64,000 nt of DNA from Chrysomallon squamiferum (lineage: Eukaryota; Animalia; Mollusca), in assembly GCA_012295275.1 (NCBI GenBank), contig CM022669.1, positions 2,728,001 to 2,792,000 on the forward strand, given 5' to 3'. Positions 38,101 through 51,931 of this stretch are shown piece by piece (position 1 is the first letter of the stretch; the number at the start of each line of letters is the position of its first letter). The notes under the pieces were generated by a model that was not told the DNA's origin, ran no database searches, and saw nothing but the letters and a program-made list of their open reading frames with translations. Both the position numbers and the translations under genes were made by a program.

Positions 38101-40677
38101 AAGCAGATACTTTCTGCAAGTATATTAAGAGTGAATATGTTCCCAGTAAAGATGTTAATACAATACATTATGTTCATTGTTTCTAATTTTTCTAATTACT
38201 TTATCAGATGCAGGATCCAAGAATGCAGTCAATGATAACTAATCCCCGTGCATTGCAGGCTGTTATGCAGATTCAACAGGGACTACAACAACTGCAGTCA
38301 GAAGCACCTGATGCATTCCCAGGGTTAGTACTTTGATCCTAGATAAAACAAATTTTACATTTAACTGTTGTTATTATTTCATTCATCAATCTGTTTGTCC
38401 ATCTGTTCCAAATACAAATTGTGATTAATATTAACAGTTATTTCTGTCCATTTATGACTGAAAGTTAAAGCAGAATAATTTCTTTTTGATGTTTAAAAGT
38501 TGTTAGTATTTTTCTTTTTACGGGACACTTAAGTAGAAAAATGACAAAAATTTGAAGAAAAAAAAGAAAATAGTTTTTGAGATTTTGACATGACCATTTA
38601 CAAAAATTATTCAGGTTTCTCTTCATACAAGTTAAAAGTCCAAATAAATTTAATTATGTCCTAAAAAATGCATTTTGTGAGTTGTCTATCACTGAAATTT
38701 ACACATTTTAGTCAAGTTATGCATTTATTTCTGGGTTTTATTTTTGATGCTTGTTTCTCAAAACCTCCCTGAAATTCAAAATTCTACATACCGTTGGAAA
38801 GCCCTATTTTCTCAGAGCATTATGGGAACAAGTTTCCAAAAATAGATACAAACTCCATCGAAACACTCCTTCATTTAGTGCACCACTGAGAATATGAGAG
38901 AAAGAATTACGATGGAGTCACTCATGGATTGGTCATGACTTTCATATCACATGACTTGTCGCATTCTGATTGGTTATCAGCATTATGTCCAGTAACATTG
39001 TTTACATCTGTTCATTGAATTTATTTTGCTCTGAGCCTATTGTATCAATTTTAATTTTTAAAAATCATGAAGAAGTATTGTGGAAAGAAAACCAGCATAA
39101 ATTTGGGAAGTGGAAACTATCTTGCAAATAACAGTTTTAATCTGCATGAGAAAAAGTGCAGAAAACACTAGAGACTGCCGAAACGAGAGAGGCCATTGAA
39201 GAAATTGAATCAATGGTTCTGGGGATCAGCATGCACCAGAACCTTCCCGATCAAGTTCCAAAAGAAAACTGGATGTATTTTGGAAATCGATGATGAAGAT
39301 GAAGATCATCATCCATTTGTTATTGATGACAGCTGTCTTCTTGTGAATTTTAATTGTAAATATATTATTATAAGTTTCAAGGACAAATGAGAACTTTTGC
39401 ACTACACATAATATAACAATAAGGTGCATGAAAAAAAGAAGTTTTTTTAGATAAATGTTTCAGGTTTTCTTTAGAAGGAAATATATATACTCAATTATCA
39501 TAATAATTATGCATAAGATCACCCCAGTAGTTAGAATAAGTGGAAATATAAATCTTTATTTGCTGTTTTATATTATTTTGTTTTTCGTTCTTTTCTAAAT
39601 GTTTGTGAAGGTGCTGCATTAAAACTATTTGCGCTAGAGATCCCAAATTTGGAATATATATTTTTAGAAACAAACACTAGAAAGTGACAGAAAGAAAATG
39701 TTGAAAAATTTTTCCATTCTTTTCATATAACCTTTATAATGTGTCAAGTACAAAAAAAATGTATTACTTTAAAAAAAAGAAGAAAAAAAGTCTTTTGAAC
39801 TTGTAGAACAAAAGATATTAAAAAAATCTTTTTTTCTGAATGTTTTTCCTATAGGTTAGTAGTTCCTCCAGGAGTTGGTACACCATCTACAACTGCTCCT
39901 GCTGCAGCTACATCCACCACCACCACACCAACAGTTTCAGCTACAAACACTACCTCAACAAATACAACAGCAACTGCAACTACAAATTCAGCATCTAACT
40001 CAAATAATCCTGAACAGTTTAACAACTTAATGGCACAGATGATGCAAATGATGGTTGGAGGAACAGTAGTAAGTAACTTTATTAGTTTGATGTATTGAAA
40101 TACTCCGTTTGCACACACCTGCTTACCAAACCATTTCACATACTGGCACTTTCCAAGCAAATGATTTATCAAAATCTTAATTATGTTGGGGTTTTTTGTT
40201 TATGGGAATATTGTATATAAAAGCTTATGGTTCAGTTTCATTAATTCTGATAAATTTCTTTTAAAAGCACCACTGAATTTATTTCTGTTTGTTTCAGAAT
40301 CAACCTCCAGAGCAAAGATTTGCTTCACAGCTAGAACAGTTATCATCGATGGGTTTTATTGATAGAGAAGCAAATATCAGAGGTGAGTTCCTACAGCATG
40401 TTAATTTACCAAATATCTGAGTAGGCTTCTTTTAATTTTGTTATTAATAATGTTTGAAGGAATAATTTAAAGCACACTAATATATGTAGCTCCAGTGTTT
40501 CAAAACATTAACATTTAAAAACGCAATTGTTTTGGGTTTTTTTCAGAATTGTTCTTGCAGATTTTGTGTGTATGCTTAGTTTTTGAAATAAATCTTCTAA
40601 AAATATATTTTTCAGCTCTTACAGCCACGATGGGTGATGTGAATGCTGCTATCGATAGATTACTACAGCAAAGATGA
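29059..40677 (+). CDS. UBQLN: Ubiquilin (UBL-STI1-UBA); exons 29059-29163, 30637-30789, 31812-31865, 32168-32311, 35157-35282, 35758-35808, 36121-36198, 36331-36448, 36875-37045, 37389-37528, 37793-37876, 38208-38323, 39855-40068, 40298-40382, 40616-40677
   Basis: UBL ([33 protein letters not shown]), STI1 repeats ([50 protein letters not shown]), [13 protein letters not shown] ([35 protein letters not shown]). Confidence 0.97.
38518..39750. mobile_element. Probable non-autonomous DNA transposon remnant in ubiquilin intron 12
   Basis: Intron much longer than its neighbours; contains ATACCGTTGGAAAGC and CATTCTGATTGG motifs common in transposon sub-terminal regions; terminal repeats only weakly recognisable. 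Confidence 0.3.
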
Positions 40678-43600
40678 TGAATTTGCTGACAGAGAATACT
40701 GTGTTCACGTGAATGATTTATTTCCTGTTTGTTGATGTACTGTAGACATATTTGTGATTGTTCTTGTGCTTTGTGGTCATCATCAGCTTCTTCCACAGTT
40801 ATTAAAAAAAAACAGAGGGTGGAAAGAAAAGAGAAGATTATTAACAGACTGCATCTGGATGTTTGAGATAGGTTAATGACAAATCAAAATAATGTCAGAG
40901 ACTGTGAAAGCGTCTTTGGTATATTATATTATCTTTAATTATATTTGTGGCAGTTTATATATGTTTCCATCATACAAGTCTTTTCATTCTAGTAAATAAG
41001 ACCTAAATTTCTCAAAAATAAAACATTTTGTTTTCAGTTCTTAGTTCTTATTTAAGGGACAACTTACAAAGTATGTATGTATAAAAATCTAGAATTTGAA
41101 AAAAATATATTATATATGTCCTCTTGTAGTTTTCTACTATTGTTAACCATAAACAGACATATATTCATAAATGGAAAGTTATTCAATCAAAAAGCTTTAT
41201 TTCAATTTAAATGACAAAGTTAAATATACATCCTGACTCAGATAGAGATGTGCATCACAAACATTATTAACCTTGAAATGTAGAAATGTTAGGGGTTTAA
41301 TTTATAGTCATACATAACAGTAATTTTCTCAACATGTAACAGTATTTAGCAAAATATATATTAATAGTGGATTTAAATACTAAATACTGATGCATATTTC
41401 AGTTTCTCTCATTCAAGAAGTGGCTATTGTCTCATTTGTTACATCTAAATTCTCCTGTAACTTTTTATGCATGCATACTTTATGAGGTGTTGCCACCCAG
41501 TTTTGATATATTTTTGTTAAAATGATAATTTGTAACAGATAGTGATGAAAAATATTTGTCATTGACCACTACTGATAAGTTTGACTCTTACTGAAACTTA
41601 TATTGGATCACTTCCACAAGATTACTTATATATACCAGAAATTAGAACATAAAAATTAATAAATGGGTTTGGGGAAATTTTTAAACTCGCAAATATTTAT
41701 CTTTAGGTTTGGGTTTACATTACATTTTTGTTCATTATTTCATTGTTGCATTATGAACCCGGTTTTTAATAAATATTTTGTTCTCTAACCTTGTGATGTG
41801 TAAAATAAAAGATTTATTATTTTTAAGTTATTTATGTAATTTAAGAATAGTAACATTTATTTTATTGTTTGAAAAAAAGACCACCAGTTTGATACAAATA
41901 TTACTAAAAGGTACTTTAAAAATATGTTCCAGAAAGGTGATAAACTGCAGTTTCATAAACAGAAATATATATTTTTATTTATTTTTTTTTAATGTAATCT
42001 GTTTGGGTTTCTTTTCATTTGATTTTTTTTTTTTTTTTTTTTTAACAAAGTTTTAATGCAGATCAGCAATACCTTACCTGAAATCATTAGGAAAAGATCA
42101 GTTTGGAAATGGAAATTTTATGAAAATAATTAGCTAAATCAAAGAAAGTGTTAAAATAAACTTAGGTACAATGTTCACTCCAGTGTACATAATATACAAA
42201 TAAATCTTTATTAGGAATATATACATATGATAATTTTTAGCAGAAAAATGTGTTTCTGATTTTTGGATTTTGGATAAGGGATTGTTGAACTGTATAATAT
42301 ATTGCCTACATAGTTAATTTTTATTATAATTATTATATATAAACATTTTGCTTCTTTCCATTTTTCCTAAAATGAGACATTTAAACTGATTTTACATGAT
42401 AATTGTATTAATAATTATTTCATCTTTAAAGCTTTTTCCAAGTATGCCTCATTTCCAAAGTAAAGAATTTAGACTCGGAGTGGAAAACATTGTATTGAAT
42501 ATAGTCATAAATGTAGTTTGGGAGATCAAAACCTGACAAAAACAGCAGTTTGGAAGAATACTATCAGCTGATAGCATATGTTAATATATCTGAGAATGGG
42601 ACAGAAAATGTTAAGCCACAAACAGCCTACTGTCAACAGGAGGATATATTAGATTTTATTGTTTGCCTTTTGTAACCATTGGTGACTGCCTAGCACACCA
42701 TGGCTTCAGATAAAAACTTTAAACGTTACGTTCACTATATTTTCTGTTATCAGACTAAAATACATATATAAAAGTAAAATAATTTAAAATTAGATATAAG
42801 CTTTAAGCTCTTTCATGCATTTTGTGAAGTTGTATTTATAAATTGTTTTATGTATTTCATGCCAGAAACATTATGTTTTGAGAAATTAAAAGATTTATGG
42901 GATTATTTTCTTTTTTGTTCGAATTCATTTACTCTGCACATTTCTTAATAATTACTATTTATTTTTTTAATTAATTATCTTTCTTATTTTTGGACTTTTT
43001 TGTATTATATGTATACATATATTCTGTGTATAGGTATACTGTTCCATTGAATCAGGAGAGGTACATTTAGTGTGAAGGTGAAATTAGTAACTTGTTTTTA
43101 ATTAATTTATAAAACTGGTAATGTGATTGTTTATTTGTTAATCATATAAAATAGAACAGCAAGCCAGTATAAAAAGTCCATCATTCTGAAAGATGTAAAC
43201 ACTTTACACTAATTTATTTCACTTGAGATGAAACATAAATAAGAAAGTGATTAGATTATTTTCAAATTTGGTAATTTCATCAATCTGTGGATTTTTTTCA
43301 TTCAGAATGAGTTATACACTCCTTGGGTTGCTTATTTTTACTGGCTTTATTATTAACAAAGATTAGTAACAACTAATTAATCATATTGTTTTTCTTAATT
43401 TTTTGGCAAATTATTCCACAATGGAAAACTTTTAACATGCAGACAACCAAAAACATGTATTTTTTAAAAGTAAATAGTACTAATTAAATCATATTGCAAA
43501 TCTGTGACATCTTACTGATTAAAGTGCAGTTTCTAAAAGAAAAATCAAGTTGTAAATAATTTAAATATGTTAATAGGGTTGCAGTTGATAATCATTCATT

Positions 43601-46454
43601 ACTTCGTTGTTATATTTTTAAAACTATTGTTTTGATGCTTTGAGATGGTCAAGGTTCTGATTATTGTTTTTAGCTTTTCTACCTCTCTTAATGAAATTAT
43701 TCTTGTCTCATTTTTGCTAATTAAAACATCCTAATTGTTTCTCATATTAAACATAAATCCTGCTTGTTTCTTGTGGTAAAAACCTGTTCTGCTTGTTTTT
43801 CTTAATCAAATCTAATTTTTGTTCGGTTATTAAAATATATCCTGCTGATTTATCTAACTAAAAGCAATCTTACTTGTTTTGTTTATTAGTTACTTATTTT
43901 TTTTCATTTTTAAACCATCCTGTTTTATTAAAATCTGCCCTTTTTCTCTTATATCTTCTTATTTCTTTCTTGTATCCAGCTAGTTTTATTAAACTATATC
44001 CTTGATTTCTCTTTTTTCTAATTAAATAACTTGTTTTTCTGATAAATCTTTGAAATAATTTGATATTACTTCGAATAAAAATTTAAATTTGAAATCTTAT
44101 TATTGTTGTTAATTTTCCATTGCAATCAGTACTATATATGTAATTAAAAAGCCAAGTCTGTAGAATTTCATATACCTTTGTGTTGATCATAAAAAAAACA
44201 ATCAGAATAACCTGTGGAAAGCTGTCAACAGTTTGTCTACTTCTGTTCACACTGTTTTGTTAAAATAGACTAAAACATGCAAAATACAAATAACTTTCAA
44301 ATTTTTATGATTTAATTTTATAGTAAATTGTTTTTATATAATAAAAAAAAGTGATTAAAAAAAAAATTAAAATTAAAAAAAAAATTAAAACTAAATAAAT
44401 AAAGACAAAAATCATATTTAATTTTTTATTTTTTTATTTTTTAAAATAAAAGCAACTCTATGCAATTAGGAAATATAAAGCAGTTAAGAAACAGATATAT
44501 GCTGAGTGATGATTTCTTGTTTGTTTCAAAATCAGATTATGAATCTGCTTCACAGGCTGCTCATGTGTCAAGGTATGTAACTGAACACATCAGTATCTTT
44601 TTCAGTTTTGCACCCATGTGAACTTCACAAGAAAATCTGTATCATCCTGAATTGTTTAACTTGGCACTGCATAAAAACTTCATTACTTTGATTTGAGTCA
44701 CAATATCCTGCTTCATTAATATATGATTTGATTTGCTGAATATCCCACAACTGTTCATTGGCATTTTTATTTGAGTCACTATATATTATAACATGTTAGT
44801 AACATTTTTTGTTTTGTTTTGATAATATAAGCACTGACTTTAGCCAATAATGAAGTATGAAAACGCATCAAAATGTAGAGTAATCATATTTGTGGTTTTT
44901 ATATAATAAATACAGCTTGCTTCCAAAGGTTTACTCTGGCTTGGCTATTTTGCTTTATTATCTGCTGTGAAAAAACCCTCCAAACAATAACAAAAAAGCT
45001 GGTACTCTATTTTTCTCAGGCATGTTATTTTATTGTCATTAGCAACATTAGTGACAATGACAAATAAAACAACTATAAAAGCATTGACATTTGCTAATGA
45101 ATAAATAACAACTGAATACGAAATAAAAAAACAAATGCTACATATGTGATAAATGCACCCCCACAAAAAAAAAGAGAAAAAAAAAAGAAAAAGGATAAAA
45201 AGATTAGTCTGCAGAAATTCATTAGTTATTTTCTCTTAGTATATGGAATAAGCCAAGAAAAATTAAACAAAGGTTACAGTGCTTTTGTTAATCATGCAAT
45301 AAAGTTAAAATGTTTTACAAATTGACTAGTCATTTACCTGTAATAAAAAATACTCATTAAAGGTAACAAAAATAATTGGTAATTCTATGAGTCTGATATC
45401 TGCCTCAGCAAGTCGTCTTGGAATAATACAATAGAATATAAACAACATTTTGCAGGCTGGGGAGCAGTCTTAATGTCAGCTTCATGAGGCAAACATTTAG
45501 AAAGTGAGAGAGAATTCTCAGGTTAGCAGTTTTAATGAAAATGCATTTTTAAAAACAGTGTGCTATTTCTAAATTCTCCTAAATTAAGTGGTGTCAAGAC
45601 ACAAAACCTGAGATGAAAACCTCGAGCAACATAATGAGGAGCTGACAATAATATGTTTTATAACAAACAAACATATATTTAAATACACTGACAGCAAACA
45701 TCATCAAGAGGAGATGTCAGGAAAAATATTTTTGTAACAAACATCTGAAATACATTTATGTACTCACAGTTATTTACTGCTTGGTTGTGACAATTTCTGT
45801 GATTGAAATTATTTACTGATAACCCTGAAATAATTTCAGTGACTGAAATATATTACTGATTGCTTGATAAAAATTCCATATTTAAAATTATTTTCTATTA
45901 TTGGTGTGTTAGAAAATTTTAAATGTTTGATGTAAAACTACTTACCTTCAAAAGCTGTCCAGTTCCTGACACAGAGCTCGTTGCCCTTCTTCTTAACCTC
46001 TGTCCCCTTTAAAAAAAAAAAAAAAAAGAAAAAAAAGTAAAGATTTTGAAAATCTTCACATTTAGGAAGGTATATACATCTGATAAGTTTTAATTATTTA
46101 CACGTGATAAAAGTAATTGATTATCAATAACAGTTTAAGAAAGCTGATAATAATGTATTATGAATAAGTTCCTCATAACTCTTGTATGTATTAAAGTTTG
46201 TTAATAGAAAAAATGTTTCTAGAATCAGAAAATGTGGAAACATGTCAAGAATTTTAGTTTGGTATTTCACATTTCCTTCAAATACTTCAAAAATATATAT
46301 ATATATAAGTACCAAAGAAATTTAAAAATTAAAATAAAATTCATACATAGTCTTCTTGTGTTATATAAAAAAATGGTTTAAATGTTTTATTTATAAAAAA
46401 TACACTCACACAAATAAAGAAAAAACTCTGTATTATATTTATCACCCTCCTATC

Positions 46455-46497
<43 letters not shown>

Positions 46498-47096
46498 TAT
46501 ATGAATAAACCAAACAAAAAAAAAAAAAAATTTAAAGGCATTTACAAATTACTAAAAAAAAAAAATAATAATGTGGTCTGATAACAAGCTTTGTTTCCAG
46601 GGAAACCGAAGAGATTTATGTACGCTTTAAGGAGGAACACGTCTGACATAAGTGCTATTCTTATTTGTTTCTTTCTTATATTTTATTCTGTATGTTAATA
46701 AATAGTTTCTTCTGCTTCTTATTATTTACGCCTTGTTTTAAAGAAGACTGTGAAACAAAAAATCATAATAAATACCATTATTATCATCTTTGCTATGTTT
46801 ATTATTTTATTAGTATCCTTATTTAGTTATATATTTTATTATTAGCAAAACTGAGCTCATTCGCATGAATATACTTTGTATAAATTGACTTTAAATTAAC
46901 TGATAAAAAAATCTGACAGTTCTAAACGTGCGGGACATTATTTTATTATTTAGAGTTATCGTCCCTGTATGGTAGACAATTAATAGATGAGTGACTACGT
47001 CCATACTATTACTAACTAGTATATTATGGACTGCTTGAAGTAATTATGTCGGGAGTGTTGAATTCGCTTAAACACACGCTTACATACTGTAATAGT

Positions 47097-47147
<51 letters not shown>

Positions 47148-47625
47148 GGAGAGTGTGCGTTAGTAATTCATTTAAATTAGGCGAAAACAAAATTCCGGTT
47201 TAAAAAAAATAATAATAATAATTGTAACGTTTTAGTTAAATATTTGGTGAATGCGTTTATATAAAAATACAGTTATGGTTACTATCGGACGAGGTTAAGG
47301 TGATAAATATGTTTACTCATTGCTATTATGAAGAAAAAAAGTTATTTTTCATTTATTTTTGAAACCTTCAAATATTAAACATAGCTAGACTGAATTCACG
47401 ATGATAAATTTTAATGCAAAGCAATTCAAATAATTTATAATCGTTCGAAACATTTGGTGTCAGGTGATTTCATTGCGAATTACTACATTTAAACAAAAAA
47501 ATAAAAAAAATAAAATAAAATTAAAATAATTTATTTATTGTTATGTTTTATATTGACATAAATAATTAACACTGAATATAGAAACGTAAACAAAAAGAAA
47601 GGATTTTCAACTTTTTCAAATTTTA

Positions 47626-47664
<39 letters not shown>

Positions 47665-47818
47665 TACAACTATTTTTTAATAATCGCTTTGCCATGTATA
47701 TGCTATCAAATATAATATAAATTATAAAGAATACAGATTTAAGCCAGTTCAGCTTTCTTAATTTTCTGTCATCTCAGAAAGAAATATTTATTTATTTATT
47801 TATAAAATTCCGGTTTAA

Positions 47819-47887
<69 letters not shown>

Positions 47888-49664
47888 TATAATAATAATC
47901 GAAATACTTATTTATTTATTTTTCTAATTTTTCTAATTTTGCTTACAAAGTGGTATGTAATTAACTGATTTTACTACTATTATAATAAATGACAACCCTC
48001 TGTTTCTTGTCATTATTTGTTTTGATGTTTTAAATTTCGTTTTCTCCAATAAGTATATGTAAAAAAATGTTGTACTAAATTAATCCAAAACACTTTAATA
48101 ATTTTTTGTGATAGTATAATTATGACATTGTTTAAATGTTAATTAATCGGCGCACAATTAGAGCAGAAAATAGGAAATATTAACGGCAAACACCGGGTCC
48201 ACAGATGTAATCATGTGCGAGCAGTGAGAATGTATCTCAAATAAAAATCTCTGTCCTTTATTAGTGCACATAATGAAACAGTTTTCAAATTACGGATTCA
48301 ATAAAAGCAGATTAAAGCCAAAATTGTGCTGAAAAAAAAACTAAGTATTGATTACTGACAAATAAATAACCATTAATAGTATTTAACGAGTTTCATTATT
48401 ATTTTTGTATTTATTTATTTATTTTATCAAAGTTTTTTTTTTTTTTTTTTTTTATATAATTAGTAAAAGTTTAGCAGCCTGCATCAAACGGTCTAAATTC
48501 ATCAACGTTTTCAGTTCATCAGCATTTTCTGATTAATTTCATATGTACCCTACTTTTTATTTTCAAACTATTTATTATCATTTCATTATTACTTTAATAA
48601 AATAAAAGTACAATGGTTATTATACTCTAATCCGATAAAATCTGCCATATTATTATTATTATTATTATTATTATTATCATCATCATCATCATCATCAAAT
48701 ATAATGATATAAAGAAAAGAAAATTATTAGTTTAGAAGTACAAGCTGAATACACAAACTTAGACTAATTCTCCAGATTAAATTAGCAGAATATACTTTAA
48801 TGTCAGGAACCAGTCTATGCTTCTATACCCTGCACGTCCTTGGTGGAATAGATAATGAATGACCTCTTAGAAAAAGGAAAATGAAAAAAAAGAAAAGAAA
48901 AGAAGATTATAAAAAATCAAACAGTTAAATGAGGTAATATATTCAAATTATATAAGACAAATTTTAAATCATTATCTGCATTCTATAACCAGAAACTGTA
49001 TTACGGGCTATTTTAGTGGAAATGTCATTTGTACTCATTAAAGTGCTCTTCAGATCTAGTTTTTCTCATCAGTTCATAAGGATAAAGAGGCCATATAAAA
49101 TATTATAAATAATTTTAAAGTTGACATGTATATTTTTATATTTAAAGAACGTATTTTATTTTATTCGTTAGTCTTTCAATGTCAGCTATTTAGTTTTTCG
49201 TTTACTCAGGCCTTCAAGGAAGTACATTATGGGCAGATCTTATCTATTAAAGGAATACGAAACGGAATGCTCATACATTTTTTTATATAATTGTTGTTAT
49301 ATTAAACAACAATGTATGTACGCACGCACAAATAAAATAAAGGAGTCCTCGGCAAACTGAACCTGGGGCAGTTCAGGCCACCAAACAATTAACCGTGTTG
49401 AAATTATTGTCTTTCCGTTTTTTGTCAACTTTTTGTTTTTGATTAACCAGTAATAGCGCTACTTGATACGCAGTATTTTCAAGCTGTTCAAGAGAGGCTG
49501 TCTGATTTGGCATTGTAAGTATTGTTTTTGCAACTTTCAACTTCTTACATATACCAAAAGATTAATTGCTTTCAAAGATAATCTTTAAGATATGGAATTC
49601 TGAAATGTTTTTAGAAATATAATTATATTTGAGCCAGCTGACAGTTGCATGTCAGTAACAATGT

Positions 49665-50536
49665 ATTACCTGGGACAGGACGGGCCGGGGTAAGTTCAGC
49701 CACTCCCCAACCTGTTCCAGAGCATATCATTAAATGTTGTTTTATTATAAATCGATTTTTTTAATTTTAGTGCAGTTTCGGTAATTCAGTTTCTGATATC
49801 ACTGAAATGGAAATTTAAAAAAAAGAAAAAAAGAAAGGCAACGGGTCAAGAGTTAAAATCTTTCCCATAAAGCTGTAAGACATGGGAAGTTTTTCATAGA
49901 GGTGGAGGAGGAAACACTGATTGAATGTATATACAGTGTCTTAAGCTGCCTCAAAGCTGACCCAGTTTGGCAGGGCCGTAATGTTTTACATTTATTTTTG
50001 TATATATTTTGCTTTTCTTACAATAATGAAACTATTTTCCACTTCAAAAGAGTCATTTTACGTGCAAACAACAACAACAATTAAAGAAAAGGCACATAGC
50101 TATAAACACTTGCCTTTGTGACAAATTATCGAATGACAATAAACATTTTTGTTTTGCTTTCATATACGATTTTAATCACTTTTTTTATATATATATAAAT
50201 TATTAAATGTTTGTCAGTTGCATCCCACGTTATTTTGAAACAAACTACATGTTTTGTGTTTATTTGAGAGTATTTATCTTGTGAATGATGCATTGCTCAA
50301 AGGTAAACCAATCTGCCCCAGCCCGTGTAGCTTGGGCCAGTTTGAGTGTGTCTTTAACCCTTAACAATTAAAAGAGAATAACAAATCAGGATATTCCAAG
50401 CATTTGTAACTGCTCCTAAAAAAAAATGAAAGTTTCTTTTAAACAACTATGAGGGTTTGTTTTCCGATTTCTATTTCACTTAGATGTTAAAATGCTAAAA
50501 TATGTCTCAGCCCGCCCCGGTCTTCCCCGTAGGGTG
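49665..50536. mobile_element. Degenerate MITE-like element with GC-rich inverted ends
   Basis: ACCTGGGACAGGACGGGCCGGGGTAAG at left and CAGCCCGCCCCGGTCTTCCCCGTAGGGT at right are partially complementary; related GC motifs recur inside. Confidence 0.35.
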
Positions 50537-50978
50537 ACATTACAGCAGCTTTCTTATTAACTCGAAGAACGCACACACTCAGAAAATAAATCTTTAATTG
50601 TCTATCATATTAGTGTTTTCATTTTATCTTACAACGATAATTTGCCCTTTATCCTAAAGAGAATACAGATGTATTGAGAAATATATTAATATTTTGCCTT
50701 ATCTATGATGAAAATATCACTTTGAGCTAGTGAGCATTTAAACTCTCTGTCTGTCTGTCTCTTTTTCTTTCTTTCTTTGTTCAGAAAAAAAAAAATCTAC
50801 CATATTTTTGTTTCTCACGCTCCCTTTCTGTTTTCAATTCAGGTAACGCTTCCCAAAGTGAAATTCAACTTTAATGGGTTTTTAATAAAATTATGAATTC
50901 TTTGGAGATTTTAAGGAAGTCATTCTGTTCACTGATAGACAGATCCGAAATGTTTGAAGGTGAGGACTTTAAAGGAAA

Positions 50979-51451
50979 ATGGCGGCAGGATGGGAGGGAG
51001 CAAAAGCAACAGAAAGGAGTGAGAGAAAGGATTTTGTAATATTCCATTCAGATAACGACAGCTCCTGTGCACAGATCATACGATCTTACCTTACTGAAAA
51101 ACAGTTCACCGAGATGCGACCAGGCAGTGCTGCTAAAACGGAAATAGCCAATCTTGATGAAGTTATAAAAGTTTGTAGCAATTATATTTGTCTTTTGTCA
51201 AAAACATTTATGGACGACGAAGAAATGGTTTTCAAAATGCATGTTTCATTGTTTCGTGTGATAGAAGTGTGTGAATCTAAGAACAAAAACGAATCATTCC
51301 TATACTGCTGCCTTCTCTTACCGAAATTCCTCCATCTTTGAAAATATTTCATTCTCTTAGATTTGATCCAGAGAAAAAAGAGACCCAGGATAAAACATTT
51401 TGGGAAAAATTAACTTTTAGTATTCGAAAAAACATAAGTGATGCAAAATGA
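50979..51451 (+). CDS. TIR-domain-only protein, interrupted by one frameshift at ~51285-51290 (pseudogene or sequence error)
   Basis: Frame 1: KDFVIFHSDND (box 1)..EMRPG..ICLLSKTFMDD; -1 frame from 51290: RIIPILLPSLTEIPPSLKIFHSLRF..TFWEKL (box 3) to TGA 51449-51451. Acceptor at 50842 precedes the exon. Confidence 0.8.
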
Positions 51452-51892
51452 AATTTAAAACATATTTGTGTTTATGTACCTGTGAACGTCTGGCTGTGTG
51501 TACGTGCGTCCGTGAGTCTGCACATATGTATGTGTGTCTGTGTGCGTGTTTTTATGTAACTTTACCATTTTGAAAACTGCTCAGTTTATCTGTAAAAATT
51601 ATGCTGTTAAGCAGACTGTTTCTGGAGAACTAAACCAGGCTAATTGAGAAGTTGATCCGGGAATAGGAAAGTTAAAGAAGATATCGACTGTCCTTTTGAC
51701 GATGATTAAAAACAATGTATTTCTGTGAGTACATTTCTAAACATAAAAGGAATAATTGTATTTGCAGTCAACAGTCTTGGTCTGTCTCTCTGTCGTATTG
51801 ACAGTAATGGACAATATCAATATCTTTAATGTTGTACATGTTCAGAATTTTTTTTTAAATATGATTTTTGAGATTCGAGATATTAAAATTCA

Positions 51893-51931
<39 letters not shown>

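Noticed and set aside
39849-40796. Minus-strand ORFs over ubiquilin exons
   Set aside because: Antisense shadows of the real plus-strand exons.
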